From the NCBI GenBank assembly GCA_027593175.1, contig JAQCJI010000004.1, positions 2,175 to 66,174 on the forward strand: DNA of 64,000 nucleotides. Reading direction: 5' to 3'. The translations under genes were made by a program, and so were the position numbers. The notes below the pieces were generated by a model, which was given only the letters and a program-made list of their open reading frames with translations, did not search any database and was not told the origin of the DNA. Positions 1 through 9,977 of this stretch are shown piece by piece (within the stretch, counting starts at the first letter, position 1; every line of letters starts with the position of its first letter). Source of the DNA: Bacteroidota bacterium (lineage in GTDB: Bacteria; Bacteroidota; Bacteroidia; Cytophagales; Cyclobacteriaceae).

Positions 1-1
1 T

Positions 2-1090
2 AACCAATGGTTTTTTGCAAAGGGACACCCAGAGTTGGAGATAGAGGTTGACTATTCGCAGCCGGAGAACCTCCTACTTCGTTTTTCACAGGTCCAGGAG
101 AGGGGCGAAACCCCAGTTTTCCAGTTGCCCATCACGGTCAGTTGGTACGAGGGGAAAGTACGGAAAACCAAAACAGTTCAATTAGCAAAGGCGCAGCAGG
201 AGGTGGCCTTGGAAAACGGCTCTCCACTCTCCTTAGTATATGTGAATGAGGGCCAGGATGTGTTGATGAAGGGAAATCAAGTATTGAGTAATGCCCAGTA
301 TGTGCAGCAATTTAAGGAGTCGCAGCTAGGTGTTGCGCGGTATGAGGCATTGGATAGTTTGGTTTCGCGTTCTGCTGCTGAAGAATTGGCTGTGGTATTG
401 CCTTTGGTGATCAAGGATACTTTTGCTGCTATTCGGGAGCGTGGGCTTTCGTTATTGCAGGCAGGTAGCCAATGGAAAGAAACGTTGCCTGAATTGGAGG
501 AGGAGGTCTATCGATTAGCGGAGGAAGATCCTCAAAATAAGGTTCGAGCAGGTGCTTTGGAGGTGCTTGCCGAATGGAATCCTTCTGGGTACCGAGGGGC
601 TTTTACTCGTTTGGCTAGAGATCCTTCCTATTTGGTCGCCGGTGCGGCATTGATGGGTTTGGCTCGTGTAGCAGATCCGACGGTGGAACTTTCGTGGATG
701 GAGACCTTTGAGGGAGAGACCAATTTCAGGATGTCTGTTGGGTTGGCAGAGTATTTCCTCGTGAATAAGGTGCTTGGCAAGGGGCCTTGGTTTGAGCGTA
801 CTTTTTCCAAGTTGAGTGGGGAGGGCTTGTATTATTTTATGGGGTATTATGGGACTTATTATATGGATGTGGAGGTTTCCGAAAAGGAAAAGGCCATTCG
901 CCATTTATTTAATGTTTTGGAGTTCAATGCAAAGGATTATTTGCGATTAGGGGCCTTTCAAACCTTGTTGGGTTTTGTGACGGAGGAGGGTGTATTGGAT
1001 AAAATGGTGGCGATAGCGGAGAAGGAACAGTCTGAGGACTTGCAATCTTACTATGCGTATTACCTAGAATTACTAAAGGAGGAAAATTAA
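2..1090 (+). CDS. C-terminal part of an M1-family aminopeptidase with HEAT-like repeats (5' partial)
   Basis: Frame is open from base 2 (NQWFFAKGHPELEIEVDY..., typical of the end of the M1 catalytic domain). A helical HEAT-like region follows (VRAGALEVL, DPSYLVAGAAL). Confidence 0.75.
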   Translation, partial: NQWFFAKGHPELEIEVDYSQPENLLLRFSQVQERGETPVFQLPITVSWYEGKVRKTKTVQLAKAQQEVALENGSPLSLVYVNEGQDVLMKGNQVLSNAQYVQQFKESQLGVARYEALDSLVSRSAAEELAVVLPLVIKDTFAAIRERGLSLLQAGSQWKETLPELEEEVYRLAEEDPQNKVRAGALEVLAEWNPSGYRGAFTRLARDPSYLVAGAALMGLARVADPTVELSWMETFEGETNFRMSVGLAEYFLVNKVLGKGPWFERTFSKLSGEGLYYFMGYYGTYYMDVEVSEKEKAIRHLFNVLEFNAKDYLRLGAFQTLLGFVTEEGVLDKMVAIAEKEQSEDLQSYYAYYLELLKEEN

Positions 1091-1154
1091 TTCCTTGATT
1101 TCTAAAACATTGAGGGGTCTTTAGAGAATTTTTATTCAATTTTCAGGAACTCAC

Positions 1155-1185
1155 TTTGATACTTTAATAAAAGGCTATAATTTTG
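1155..1185 (+). promoter_or_regulatory. Bacteroidota housekeeping promoter for the tRNA-tuf cluster
   Basis: TTTG (1155-1158), 19-bp spacer, TAATTTTG (1178-1185); matches the -33/-7 TTTG/TAnnTTTG consensus. Confidence 0.7.
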
Positions 1186-1234
1186 CAGTCCGTTAAAGTT
1201 CCTGGAAAAAATTGCCTTTAATTTTAGCGCAGTT

Positions 1235-1317
1235 GGGGGAATACCAAAGCGGCCAACTGGGACGGACTGTAAATCCGTTGACTTATGTCTTCACAGGTTC
1301 GAATCCTGTTTCCCCCA
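1235..1317 (+). tRNA. tRNA-Tyr(GTA)
   Basis: Acceptor GGGGGAA/TTCCCCC, anticodon arm ACGGA-CTGTAAA-TCCGT, long variable arm, GTTCGAATC T-loop. Confidence 0.97.
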
Positions 1318-1321
1318 CGAC

Positions 1322-1353
1322 TTGCATAAAAACAAATTTATTTTGTAGTTTTG
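1322..1353 (+). promoter_or_regulatory. Second promoter, between tRNA-Tyr and tRNA-Gly
   Basis: TTG (1322-1324), 21-bp spacer, TAGTTTTG (1346-1353). Confidence 0.5.
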
Positions 1354-1387
1354 CATGGCAAAAAAGTAACCGAGCAATCGGGAACAA

Positions 1388-1460
1388 GCGGGAGTAGCTC
1401 AGTTGGTAGAGCGGCAGCCTTCCAAGCTGCAGGTCGCGGGTTCGAGCCTCGTCTCCCGCT
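1388..1460 (+). tRNA. tRNA-Gly(TCC)
   Basis: GCGGGAG/CTCCCGC acceptor, TAGCTCAGTTGGTAGAGC D-arm, anticodon loop CTTCCAA, GTTCGAG T-loop. Confidence 0.97.
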
Positions 1461-1492
1461 CTGTACTTTTCGGAGTACACTGCGTAGTGAAA

Positions 1493-1564
1493 GCCGACGT
1501 AGCTCAGGGGTAGAGTACTTCCTTGGTAAGGAAGGGGTCACGGGTTCAATTCCCGTCGTTGGCT
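1493..1564 (+). tRNA. tRNA-Thr(GGT)
   Basis: GCCGACG/CGTTGGC acceptor, anticodon loop TTGGTAA, GTTCAATT T-loop. Confidence 0.97.
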
Positions 1565-1622
1565 CAAAACAGAATTTATTAACTAAACATATCTTTAAAA
1601 CTTAAACTGAGGATTTTCAAGC

Positions 1623-2810
1623 ATGGCAAAAGCTAATTTCGACCGTTCCAAACCGCACGTTAATGTCGGAACCATTGGACACGTAGACCATGGTAAGACC
1701 ACCTTGACTGCAGCCATCACCACGGTATTGTCAAAGAAAGGTCTTTCTGAATTACGAGATTTTTCTTCTATTGACAACGCGCCAGAAGAGAAGGAAAGAG
1801 GTATCACAATCAATACCTCTCACGTAGAGTACCAAACTGAATTAAGACACTACGCACACGTAGATTGTCCTGGTCACGCTGATTACGTGAAAAACATGGT
1901 AACAGGTGCTGCTCAGATGGATGGCGCTATCCTTGTGGTAGCTGCTACTGACGGACCTATGCCACAGACAAGAGAGCACATCTTGTTGGCACGCCAGGTA
2001 GGCGTTCCTCAGCTAGTTGTCTTCTTGAACAAAGTTGACATGGTTGACGATGATGAATTGTTGGAACTAGTTGAGATGGAAGTAAGAGAATTGCTTTCTT
2101 TCTACAACTTTGACGGAGACAACATTCCAGTAATCGCAGGTTCTGCACTTGGTGCATTGAACGGCGAAGATAAGTGGGTAGAAAAAGTGATGGATTTGAT
2201 GAATGCGGTTGATACCTACATTCCTCTTCCAGAGCGTTTGATCGACAAGGATTTCTTGATGCCAGTTGAAGACGTATTCTCTATCACCGGTCGTGGCACT
2301 GTTGCTACAGGGCGTATAGAAAGAGGTGTAATCAACTCTGGTGAGTCAGTTGATATTATCGGTATGGGTGCAGAAGGCTTGAAGTCCACTATAACTGGAG
2401 TGGAAATGTTCCGTAAGATCCTTGACAGAGGTGAAGCTGGGGATAACGTAGGTTTGTTGTTGAGAGGAATTGAAAAAGTGCAAATCAAGCGAGGTATGAT
2501 TATCTGTAAGCCTGGTACTGTGAAGCCTCACGCTCGCTTCAAGGCTGAAGTTTATGTTCTTTCAAAATTAGAAGGTGGACGTCACACGCCATTCTTCAAT
2601 AGATACAGACCACAGTTCTACCTAAGAACTACTGACGTAACTGGTGAGATCACTCTTCCTGCAAACGTAGAAATGGTAATGCCAGGTGATAACATAACCA
2701 TCGAGGTAAACTTGTTGTCTTCAGTAGCTTTAGAGAAAGGTTTGAGATTCGCGATCCGTGAAGGCGGTCGTACAGTAGGTGCCGGTCAGGTGACTGAAAT
2801 TCTCGACTAA
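1623..2810 (+). CDS. tuf: Elongation factor Tu
   Basis: [35 protein letters not shown] motifs; 395 aa. Confidence 0.99.
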   Translation: MAKANFDRSKPHVNVGTIGHVDHGKTTLTAAITTVLSKKGLSELRDFSSIDNAPEEKERGITINTSHVEYQTELRHYAHVDCPGHADYVKNMVTGAAQMDGAILVVAATDGPMPQTREHILLARQVGVPQLVVFLNKVDMVDDDELLELVEMEVRELLSFYNFDGDNIPVIAGSALGALNGEDKWVEKVMDLMNAVDTYIPLPERLIDKDFLMPVEDVFSITGRGTVATGRIERGVINSGESVDIIGMGAEGLKSTITGVEMFRKILDRGEAGDNVGLLLRGIEKVQIKRGMIICKPGTVKPHARFKAEVYVLSKLEGGRHTPFFNRYRPQFYLRTTDVTGEITLPANVEMVMPGDNITIEVNLLSSVALEKGLRFAIREGGRTVGAGQVTEILD

Positions 2811-2832
2811 TTACCTTTAATTAAAATTTAGG

Positions 2833-2870
2833 ATGCGATCCCAAAGATTATTTTGGGATCGCATTTGTTT
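2833..2870 (+). terminator. Hairpin, likely intrinsic terminator after tuf
   Basis: ATGCGATCCCAAA-gattat-TTTGGGATCGCAT (13-bp stem) followed by TTGTTT. Confidence 0.7.
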
Positions 2871-2894
2871 CTAAAGACTTTATTCCTAATTTTG
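2864..2894 (+). promoter_or_regulatory. Promoter for tRNA-Trp-secE-nusG-rplKAJL
   Basis: TTTG (2864-2867), 19-bp spacer, TAATTTTG (2887-2894). Confidence 0.7.
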
Positions 2895-2921
2895 CGTTCC
2901 GTTTTGGATCGTTCGTTTTAC

Positions 2922-2992
2922 ACGGGCATAGTTCAACGGCAGAATAGCGGTCTCCAAAACCGTTGATGGGAGTTCGAATCTCTCTGCCCGTG
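2922..2992 (+). tRNA. tRNA-Trp(CCA)
   Basis: ACGGGCA/TGCCCGT acceptor, anticodon loop CTCCAAA, GTTCGAATC T-loop; usual position before secE. Confidence 0.96.
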
Positions 2993-3009
2993 CAGTAAGA
3001 ATATAGACT

Positions 3010-3198
3010 ATGAATCTTAAAAACTTTGTCCTTGAGGCGTATGACGAAATGAAAAACATGGTGACATGGCCTAAGTTTTCATTTCTTCAGAATAGTGCCA
3101 TTTTGGTATTGGTCGCATCATTGATTTTCGCGCTATTTATTGGCGCAGTGGATTTAGGGTTCGAGAATATCATGACATGGTTTTATGATTTATTCTAA
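3010..3198 (+). CDS. secE: Preprotein translocase subunit SecE
   Basis: EM..VTWP motif plus one TM helix; lies between tRNA-Trp and nusG. Confidence 0.95.
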   Translation: MNLKNFVLEAYDEMKNMVTWPKFSFLQNSAILVLVASLIFALFIGAVDLGFENIMTWFYDLF

Positions 3199-3210
3199 AA
3201 GCATTATAGG

Positions 3211-3768
3211 ATGGCTGAACATAAGTGGTACGTTCTCAGAGTAGTCTCAGGACAGGAGAAAAAGGCAAAGAATTACCTAGACAACGAAATTTTTAGGCAA
3301 AAGATTGCTGAATATATACCTGAAGTGTTAATTCCTTCTGAGAAGGTTTATGAGATGCGCAATGGCAAAAAGCGGGTACGGGAGAAGAATTTCTTTCCGG
3401 GCTACGTGTTGGTCAATGCGGACTTATCGAATGGAGAAGCTAATCACGTAATAACGAGTATCCCAGGAGTAATTGGTTTTCTTGGATCAAACCAGGGGGG
3501 AGCTTCCAAGACCCCTGAACCATTACGTCAATCAGAAGTCAATCGTATTTTAGGTAAGGTTGAGGAGATTGATGAGTTTGCCGAGAAGCAAGAAGCCCCA
3601 TTTATAGTTGGAGAGGCCGTAAAAGTAATTGACGGTCCTTTCAGTGGGTTTACTGGGACAATTGAGGAGATTTTTGAGGAAAAGAAAAAGCTTAACGTTA
3701 TGGTTAAGATTTTTGGTCGCAATACTCCTGTTGAATTAAACTTTATACAAGTAGAAAAACAAGACTAA
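3211..3768 (+). CDS. nusG: Transcription termination/antitermination factor NusG
   Basis: WYVLRVVSGQE, FFPGYV, KOW GPFSGF, IFGRNTPVEL. Confidence 0.98.
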   Translation: MAEHKWYVLRVVSGQEKKAKNYLDNEIFRQKIAEYIPEVLIPSEKVYEMRNGKKRVREKNFFPGYVLVNADLSNGEANHVITSIPGVIGFLGSNQGGASKTPEPLRQSEVNRILGKVEEIDEFAEKQEAPFIVGEAVKVIDGPFSGFTGTIEEIFEEKKKLNVMVKIFGRNTPVELNFIQVEKQD

Positions 3769-3771
3769 GCA

Positions 3772-4215
3772 ATGGCTAAGGAAATCACTGGTTATGTAAA
3801 ACTACAAGTGAAAGGTGGCCAGGCTAACCCGTCACCTCCAGTAGGTCCAGCTCTTGGTTCCAAGGGTTTGAACATCATGGAGTTCTGTAAGCAGTTCAAT
3901 GCACGTACCCAGGAAAAAATGGGAACCGTGTTGCCTGTATTAATTACGGTATATTCTGACAAGTCTTTTGATTTTGTAGTAAAAACCCCACCAGCTGCGA
4001 ATTTGCTGATGGAAGCTGCAAAAGTAAAGGGAGGTTCTGCGGAGCCAAACAGAATTAAGGTAGGATCTGTAACCTGGGATCAGGTACGGGTCATTGCTGA
4101 GACGAAAATGCCTGACCTCAATGCTTTCAAAGTAGAATCAGCCATGAAAATGGTAGCGGGTACCGCGCGAAGCATGGGTATCACAGTTTCTGGTAAAGCT
4201 CCTTGGGAAGTATAA
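3772..4215 (+). CDS. rplK: 50S ribosomal protein L11
   Basis: [28 protein letters not shown]. Confidence 0.99.
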   Translation: MAKEITGYVKLQVKGGQANPSPPVGPALGSKGLNIMEFCKQFNARTQEKMGTVLPVLITVYSDKSFDFVVKTPPAANLLMEAAKVKGGSAEPNRIKVGSVTWDQVRVIAETKMPDLNAFKVESAMKMVAGTARSMGITVSGKAPWEV

Positions 4216-4225
4216 ATAAACAACA

Positions 4226-4924
4226 ATGGCTAAGTTAACAAAAAAGCAAAAAGAAGCTCTTTCTAAATACGACCCAAGCCAAGTGTACTCCCTGGAGGCC
4301 GCTTCTTCGCTAGTTAAGGAAATTACGATGACAAAGTTTGATGCTTCCGTAGATGTTGACGTTCGATTGGGCGTTGATCCTAGAAAAGCAGATCAAATGG
4401 TAAGAGGGGTAGTTGCCCTTCCTCATGGTACTGGTAAAGACATCAAAGTATTGGTGCTTTGCACTCCTGATAAAAACGCAGAAGCCACCGAAGCAGGTGC
4501 AGACTACGTTGGTTTGGACGATTATATTGCCAAAATAGAGGGTGGTTGGGCAGATATTGATGTGATCATCACAATGCCCAACGTCATGGCAAAAGTAGGT
4601 AGACTAGGTAGAGTATTGGGCCCTAGAGGCTTGATGCCAAACCCTAAGTCGGGAACGGTTACCCTAGACGTAGGAAAAGCAGTTCGAGAAGTGAAGGCTG
4701 GAAAGATCGACTTTAAAGTTGATAAGTTTGGCATCATTCACGCAGGTGTAGGAAAAGTATCGTTTACTTCTCAACAAATTGAGGATAACGTAAAAGAATT
4801 GATCCTTACCATCTCGAAATTAAAGCCTTCTTCTTCAAAAGGTACGTATTTCAAAAGCATTCACATATCCAGCACAATGTCTCCTGGTATTTCAGTAGAT
4901 AAGGGTAGTATTCAAGGAATTTAA
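4226..4924 (+). CDS. rplA: 50S ribosomal protein L1
   Basis: [29 protein letters not shown]. Confidence 0.99.
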   Translation: MAKLTKKQKEALSKYDPSQVYSLEAASSLVKEITMTKFDASVDVDVRLGVDPRKADQMVRGVVALPHGTGKDIKVLVLCTPDKNAEATEAGADYVGLDDYIAKIEGGWADIDVIITMPNVMAKVGRLGRVLGPRGLMPNPKSGTVTLDVGKAVREVKAGKIDFKVDKFGIIHAGVGKVSFTSQQIEDNVKELILTISKLKPSSSKGTYFKSIHISSTMSPGISVDKGSIQGI

Positions 4925-4926
4925 TC

Positions 4927-5463
4927 ATGACTAGAGACGAGAAAAAACTGATTATCGACGGTCTGACTGAGAAATTGAAAGGTAACCCTTTCTTCTATAT
5001 CACGGACGCGTCCGGATTCTCTGTAGCAGAAGTGAACGCATTCAGAAGAACTTGCTATGAAAAAGGGGTAGAATATAAAGTTTATAAAAACACCCTAATC
5101 GCTAAAGCATTTGAAAATTTGGATGTAGACTATTCTAAGCTTGCAGATGGAGCTTTAAAAGGGTTCTCTGGAATTTTGTTCTCAAAAGAGACGAGCAACC
5201 TGCCAGCAAAAGTATTGCTGGACTTTAGAAAAAAACAAGGAAAAAAGGAGTTTAGACCTGTATTTAAAGGTGCTGGTATCGATTCAGATGTATTTCTGGG
5301 CGAGGCTAACTTAGAAGTACTCGCTACACTCAAATCTAAGGAGGAATTGATTGGAGAGCTTATTGGCTTGCTTCAGTCACCTGCGAAGAACCTTGTTTCT
5401 GCTTTGTTATCAGGTCAAAACAACATCACTGGTGTTTTGAAGACCCTTGGCGAGCGGAAGTAA
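4927..5463 (+). CDS. rplJ: 50S ribosomal protein L10
   Basis: VYKNTL and LKSKEELIGELIGLLQSP; lies between rplA and rplL. Confidence 0.96.
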   Translation: MTRDEKKLIIDGLTEKLKGNPFFYITDASGFSVAEVNAFRRTCYEKGVEYKVYKNTLIAKAFENLDVDYSKLADGALKGFSGILFSKETSNLPAKVLLDFRKKQGKKEFRPVFKGAGIDSDVFLGEANLEVLATLKSKEELIGELIGLLQSPAKNLVSALLSGQNNITGVLKTLGERK

Positions 5464-5509
5464 AACTAATCTTATCAAAATCATTCAAAACAATTAACTA
5501 ATTAATACA

Positions 5510-5896
5510 ATGGCAAATCTTACACAACTTGCAGAACAGTTGGTAAACTTGACTGTAAAAGAAGTAAAGGAATTGACAGATATCCTCAAGGATCAATACG
5601 GCATCGCGCCTACTGCAGCTGGTGCTGTAGTAGCAGCTAGCGCTGGTGGTGCTGGTAGATCTGAGGCTGCTTCTGAAGAAGGAAAGACTTCATTTGACGT
5701 AATCTTGAAAGCAGCTGGTGCATCTAAACTAGCTGTCGTGAAATTGGTGAAGGACCTAACTGGACTTGGCTTGAAAGAAGCTAAAGACCTAGTTGATGCT
5801 GCTCCAAAGGCAATCAAAGAAGGCGTTGCTAAGGACGAAGCTGAAGCATTGAAGAAGTCTCTCGAAGAGGCTGGTGCTGAAGTAGAGGTCAAATAA
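5510..5896 (+). CDS. rplL: 50S ribosomal protein L7/L12
   Basis: [23 protein letters not shown], Ala/Gly hinge. Confidence 0.98.
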   Translation: MANLTQLAEQLVNLTVKEVKELTDILKDQYGIAPTAAGAVVAASAGGAGRSEAASEEGKTSFDVILKAAGASKLAVVKLVKDLTGLGLKEAKDLVDAAPKAIKEGVAKDEAEALKKSLEEAGAEVEVK

Positions 5897-5902
5897 TTTA
5901 CT

Positions 5903-5964
5903 AATCTCTATCCACAAAGGATAGAGATTGGGTTAGAGACCTGACTAAATTAGTCAGGTCTTTT
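5903..5964 (+). terminator. Tandem hairpins after rplL; the second is terminator/attenuator-like
   Basis: AATCTCTATCC-acaaa-GGATAGAGATT (5903-5929) and AGACCTGACTA-aat-TAGTCAGGTCT+TTT (5937-5964). Confidence 0.65.
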
Positions 5965-6054
5965 CCTGTTTATGCAGGGGTTTAAAATTGCATTATTTTA
6001 AGCAAAAATAGTATTTTTATAATATTTAATTACACTATTAAACTATATACTACC

Positions 6055-9000
6055 TTGGCAATCAAGAATCAAACCCTAAGGAAAAGTTTCTCCTCCATTA
6101 AGGTGGTCAAAGACTATCCTGATTTTCTAGATATTCAGTTACAGTCCTTCAAAGACTTCTTCCAGTTGGATACCCCTGCAGAAAAACGTCGGGCTGATGG
6201 ATTATTTAAAGTTTTCGCTGAAAATTTTCCAATCAGTGATTCCAGAGAGAATTTCACTTTGGAATTTATCGACTATGCGGTAGATCCACCAAAGTACAGT
6301 GTGGAGGAATGTATCGACCGTGGATTGACCTACTCCGTCCCCCTCAAAGCAAAATTGAGATTGCTTTGCCACGATGAGGACAATGAGGATTTTGAAACAA
6401 TCGAGCAGGAAGTGTTCCTAGGCAATTTGCCTTACATGACTGAGAAGGGTTCCTTCGTCATCAATGGAGCGGAGCGTGTAATCGTTTCCCAGCTTCACCG
6501 CTCCCCGGGGGTTTTCTTTGCCCAAAGCAAGCATACCAACGGTACCAAGCTGTATTCAGCTCGTATTATTCCTTTCAAAGGATCTTGGATCGAATTTGCA
6601 ACTGACATCAACAATGTCATGTATGCCTACATTGATCGTAAAAAGAAATTCCCAGTAACGACTCTTCTTAGAGCCATAGGTTATGGTTCTGATAAAGATA
6701 TATTGGATCTCTTCGGACTTTCCGAGGAAGTTTTCGCTACCAAAACAGCACTCAAGAAGGCTGCTGGCAGAAAACTGGCCGCTCGTGTACTGAGAAATTG
6801 GGTGGAAGACTTCGTAGATGAAGATACCGGTGAAGTGGTATCTATCGATCGAAATGAAGTGTTGTTGGAAAGAGATACTATCCTTACGGATTTAGACATC
6901 GAAATGATCGTAGATTCAGGATCAAAGTCCATCATCCTCCATCGGGAAGATGTGAACCTGGCTGACTTTTCTATTATTTATAACACGTTACAAAAAGATA
7001 ATTCTAACTCAGAGAAAGAGGCCTTAGAAGTAATTTACCGCCAACTTCGGAATACCGAGGCTCCAGACGAAGCAACAGCCAGAGAAGTAATTCAAAGTTT
7101 GTTCTTTTCAGACAAGCGCTACGACTTGGGCGGGGTGGGGAGATACCGAATCAATAAGAAGTTGGGCTTAAGTATCGACCCTGGGAAAATTATATTGACT
7201 AAAGAAGATATCATCTCAATTGTCAAGTATCTGATCGGTTTGATCAACTCAAGAGCAGTGGTTGATGACATTGACCACTTGTCAAACCGCCGTGTAAGAA
7301 CAGTAGGCGAACAGTTGTACAGCCAGTTTGGAGTAGGTTTGGCTCGAATGGCCAGAACCATCCGTGAGCGAATGAATGTACGTGATAACGAAGACTTCAA
7401 GCCAGTGGACTTGATCAACGCGCGTACCCTTTCTTCGGTAATCAACTCCTTCTTTGGAACCAACCAACTTTCTCAATTCATGGATCAGACCAATCCGCTG
7501 GCTGAATTGACCCATAAGAGAAGGTTGTCAGCCTTAGGTCCTGGCGGTCTTTCAAGAGAAAGAGCTGGATTTGAAGTTCGAGACGTACACTACACCCACT
7601 ACGGGCGCTTGTGTACTATTGAAACTCCAGAAGGCCCAAACATTGGTTTGATCTCCTCCCTTTGCGTACATGCGAAAGTCAATTCCATGGGCTTCCTAGA
7701 AACCCCTTACCGCAAGGTGGACAATGGAAAAGTAAGCATGAAGGCAGAAGACATTATTTTCTTGACTGCAGAAGAAGAGGATAACCACAATATCGCTCAA
7801 GCCAACGCTTCTTTGGATGACAAAGGACGCTTCTTAAATGAAAAAGTAAAGGCACGTTTTGAAGGGGACTTCCCTGTGCTCGAGCCTAGCGAAATTACCT
7901 ACATTGACGTTGCGCCTAACCAGATTGTTTCGGTTGCAGCCTCCTTAATTCCTTTCTTGGAGCATGATGACGCGAACCGAGCCCTGATGGGATCCAACAT
8001 GCAGCGTCAGGCAGTCCCACTTTTGAAGCCAGAAGCACCAATCGTGGGTACTGGTTTGGAAAGCAAAGCTGCTATCGATTCTAGAGCGCTACTTATTGCT
8101 GAAGCAAATGGGGTGGTAGAATATGTAGATGCTAAGAAAACCACCATCAAGTATGACTTGACTTCAGACGAACTCTTAGTGAATTTCTCTGATGAATACA
8201 GAACATACGATTTGATAAAATTCAGAAGAACCAATCAGGATACCACCATCAACTTGACTCCTTTAGTATTGAAGGGAGAAAAAGTGAAAAAAGGTCAGGT
8301 GCTCGTAGAAGGTTATTCTACCAACCAAGGCGAATTAGCATTAGGTAAAAACCTAAAAGTAGCCTACATGCCTTGGCAAGGATATAACTTTGAAGATGCG
8401 ATCGTGATTTCGGAGCGTGTGGTTCGTGAAGATATCTTCACTTCCATCCACGTAGAAGAATTCCAACTTGAAGTTCGTGATACAAAGCGTGGAGAAGAGG
8501 AACTTACCTCCGAAATTCCAAACGTTTCTGAAGAGGCTGTGAAGCATTTGGATGAGAATGGAATTATCCGAGTAGGCGCCGAAGTAAAAGAAGGTGACAT
8601 CATCATCGGTAAGATTACTCCTAAGGGAGAGACTGATCCAACCCCAGAAGAGAAGCTCTTGAGAGCAATTTTCGGCGATAAGGCTGGTGATGTGAAAGAC
8701 GCTTCCTTGAAAGCTTCTCCTTCCTTGAATGGGGTGGTAATTGAAACAAAATTATTCTCTCGCCCAAAGAAAGATAAGGATAACCGTGCCAAGGCTAAAG
8801 TTGAGGTAGAAAAGCTAAAGGGCAAGTATGCCAAAGATTTGTTGGGAATCCGTGCGCGTATGATCAACAAATTAGTGACTTTGCTAGAAGGCAAAACCTC
8901 TCAAGGGGTTAAACACAAGTTTGGGGATGAAATCATCACCAAAGGCGTGAAATTCAATGCGAAAAACATTGAAAATAACCTCTTTCCTGCCAAAAATCCA

Positions 9001-9930
9001 TACCGAGACGAATCAAACTACAAAGTGCAGGAAGAAGCAAACCTTGTCTCTGATATCATTCTGGATGAATGGACTGAGGATACCTACACTAATAGCTTGA
9101 TCGTCAAGGTGGTGAAAAACTACACCAACTCCAGAAACGAAATCTCTGGAAGATTCAAGCGAGATTGCTTTACTCAAGAAGTAGGAGATGAATTGCCTGC
9201 AGGTATCGTACAGCTTGCCAAAGTTTACATCGCCAAGAAGCGCAAGCTTAAGGTGGGAGATAAGATGGCAGGCCGTCATGGAAATAAGGGTATTGTAGCT
9301 CGAATCGTTAGAGACGAAGACATGCCTTTCCTAGAGGATGGCACGCCGATGGATATTGTATTGAACCCATTGGGTGTACCTTCTCGAATGAACATTGGCC
9401 AGATTTTCGAAACCGTACTCGCGTGGGCAGGTCAAAAGCTTGGAAAGAAATATGCAACGCCAATTTTTGATGGAGCTACCTTGGATGAGGTATCTGCAGA
9501 ACTTTCGGCAGCTGGACTTCCTGCTTTTGGTAGAACCTACTTATACGATGGATTGAGTGGCAACCGTTTTGACCAGCCAGTAACGGTAGGAATTACCTAC
9601 ATGTTGAAGTTGGGTCACTTAGTAGATGATAAGATGCACGCTCGTTCCATTGGTCCGTACTCACTCATCACCCAGCAGCCGCTTGGTGGTAAGGCACAGT
9701 TCGGTGGACAGCGATTTGGAGAAATGGAAGTTTGGGCACTGGAAGCATTCGGTGCGGCCCATGTTCTTCAAGAGATCTTGACCGTGAAGTCGGATGACGT
9801 AATCGGTAGAGCAAAAGCGTATGAAGCGATTGTGAAAGGTGAAAACCTTCCTAAGCCGAACATTCCTGAATCCTTCAATGTATTGGTTCATGAGTTGAGA
9901 GGCTTGGCTCTTGAAATTACCTTGGATTAA
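6055..9930 (+). CDS. rpoB: RNA polymerase beta subunit (TTG start)
   Basis: [41 protein letters not shown]; 1291 aa. Confidence 0.99.
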   Translation: MAIKNQTLRKSFSSIKVVKDYPDFLDIQLQSFKDFFQLDTPAEKRRADGLFKVFAENFPISDSRENFTLEFIDYAVDPPKYSVEECIDRGLTYSVPLKAKLRLLCHDEDNEDFETIEQEVFLGNLPYMTEKGSFVINGAERVIVSQLHRSPGVFFAQSKHTNGTKLYSARIIPFKGSWIEFATDINNVMYAYIDRKKKFPVTTLLRAIGYGSDKDILDLFGLSEEVFATKTALKKAAGRKLAARVLRNWVEDFVDEDTGEVVSIDRNEVLLERDTILTDLDIEMIVDSGSKSIILHREDVNLADFSIIYNTLQKDNSNSEKEALEVIYRQLRNTEAPDEATAREVIQSLFFSDKRYDLGGVGRYRINKKLGLSIDPGKIILTKEDIISIVKYLIGLINSRAVVDDIDHLSNRRVRTVGEQLYSQFGVGLARMARTIRERMNVRDNEDFKPVDLINARTLSSVINSFFGTNQLSQFMDQTNPLAELTHKRRLSALGPGGLSRERAGFEVRDVHYTHYGRLCTIETPEGPNIGLISSLCVHAKVNSMGFLETPYRKVDNGKVSMKAEDIIFLTAEEEDNHNIAQANASLDDKGRFLNEKVKARFEGDFPVLEPSEITYIDVAPNQIVSVAASLIPFLEHDDANRALMGSNMQRQAVPLLKPEAPIVGTGLESKAAIDSRALLIAEANGVVEYVDAKKTTIKYDLTSDELLVNFSDEYRTYDLIKFRRTNQDTTINLTPLVLKGEKVKKGQVLVEGYSTNQGELALGKNLKVAYMPWQGYNFEDAIVISERVVREDIFTSIHVEEFQLEVRDTKRGEEELTSEIPNVSEEAVKHLDENGIIRVGAEVKEGDIIIGKITPKGETDPTPEEKLLRAIFGDKAGDVKDASLKASPSLNGVVIETKLFSRPKKDKDNRAKAKVEVEKLKGKYAKDLLGIRARMINKLVTLLEGKTSQGVKHKFGDEIITKGVKFNAKNIENNLFPAKNPYRDESNYKVQEEANLVSDIILDEWTEDTYTNSLIVKVVKNYTNSRNEISGRFKRDCFTQEVGDELPAGIVQLAKVYIAKKRKLKVGDKMAGRHGNKGIVARIVRDEDMPFLEDGTPMDIVLNPLGVPSRMNIGQIFETVLAWAGQKLGKKYATPIFDGATLDEVSAELSAAGLPAFGRTYLYDGLSGNRFDQPVTVGITYMLKLGHLVDDKMHARSIGPYSLITQQPLGGKAQFGGQRFGEMEVWALEAFGAAHVLQEILTVKSDDVIGRAKAYEAIVKGENLPKPNIPESFNVLVHELRGLALEITLD

Positions 9931-9977
9931 TTTGGTTCATGGGGCGGGTAACCGCCCATAACATATCTCAAAAAACT

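Noticed and set aside
1212-1605. ORFs spanning the tRNA cluster
   Set aside because: They are translations of tRNA genes.
1235-2992. tRNA genes lack encoded 3' CCA
   Set aside because: Common in many bacteria including Bacteroidota; CCA is added enzymatically.
7460-7560. Possible rifampicin-resistance changes in rpoB cluster I (and streptomycin sites in rpsL)
   Set aside because: [22 protein letters not shown] and the S12 PKKPNS/RVKDLP motifs look wild-type.
9939-9977. 13-aa N-terminal extension of RpoC
   Set aside because: The upstream ATG lies at a hairpin; ATG 9978 has an A-rich initiation region and a typical N-terminus.
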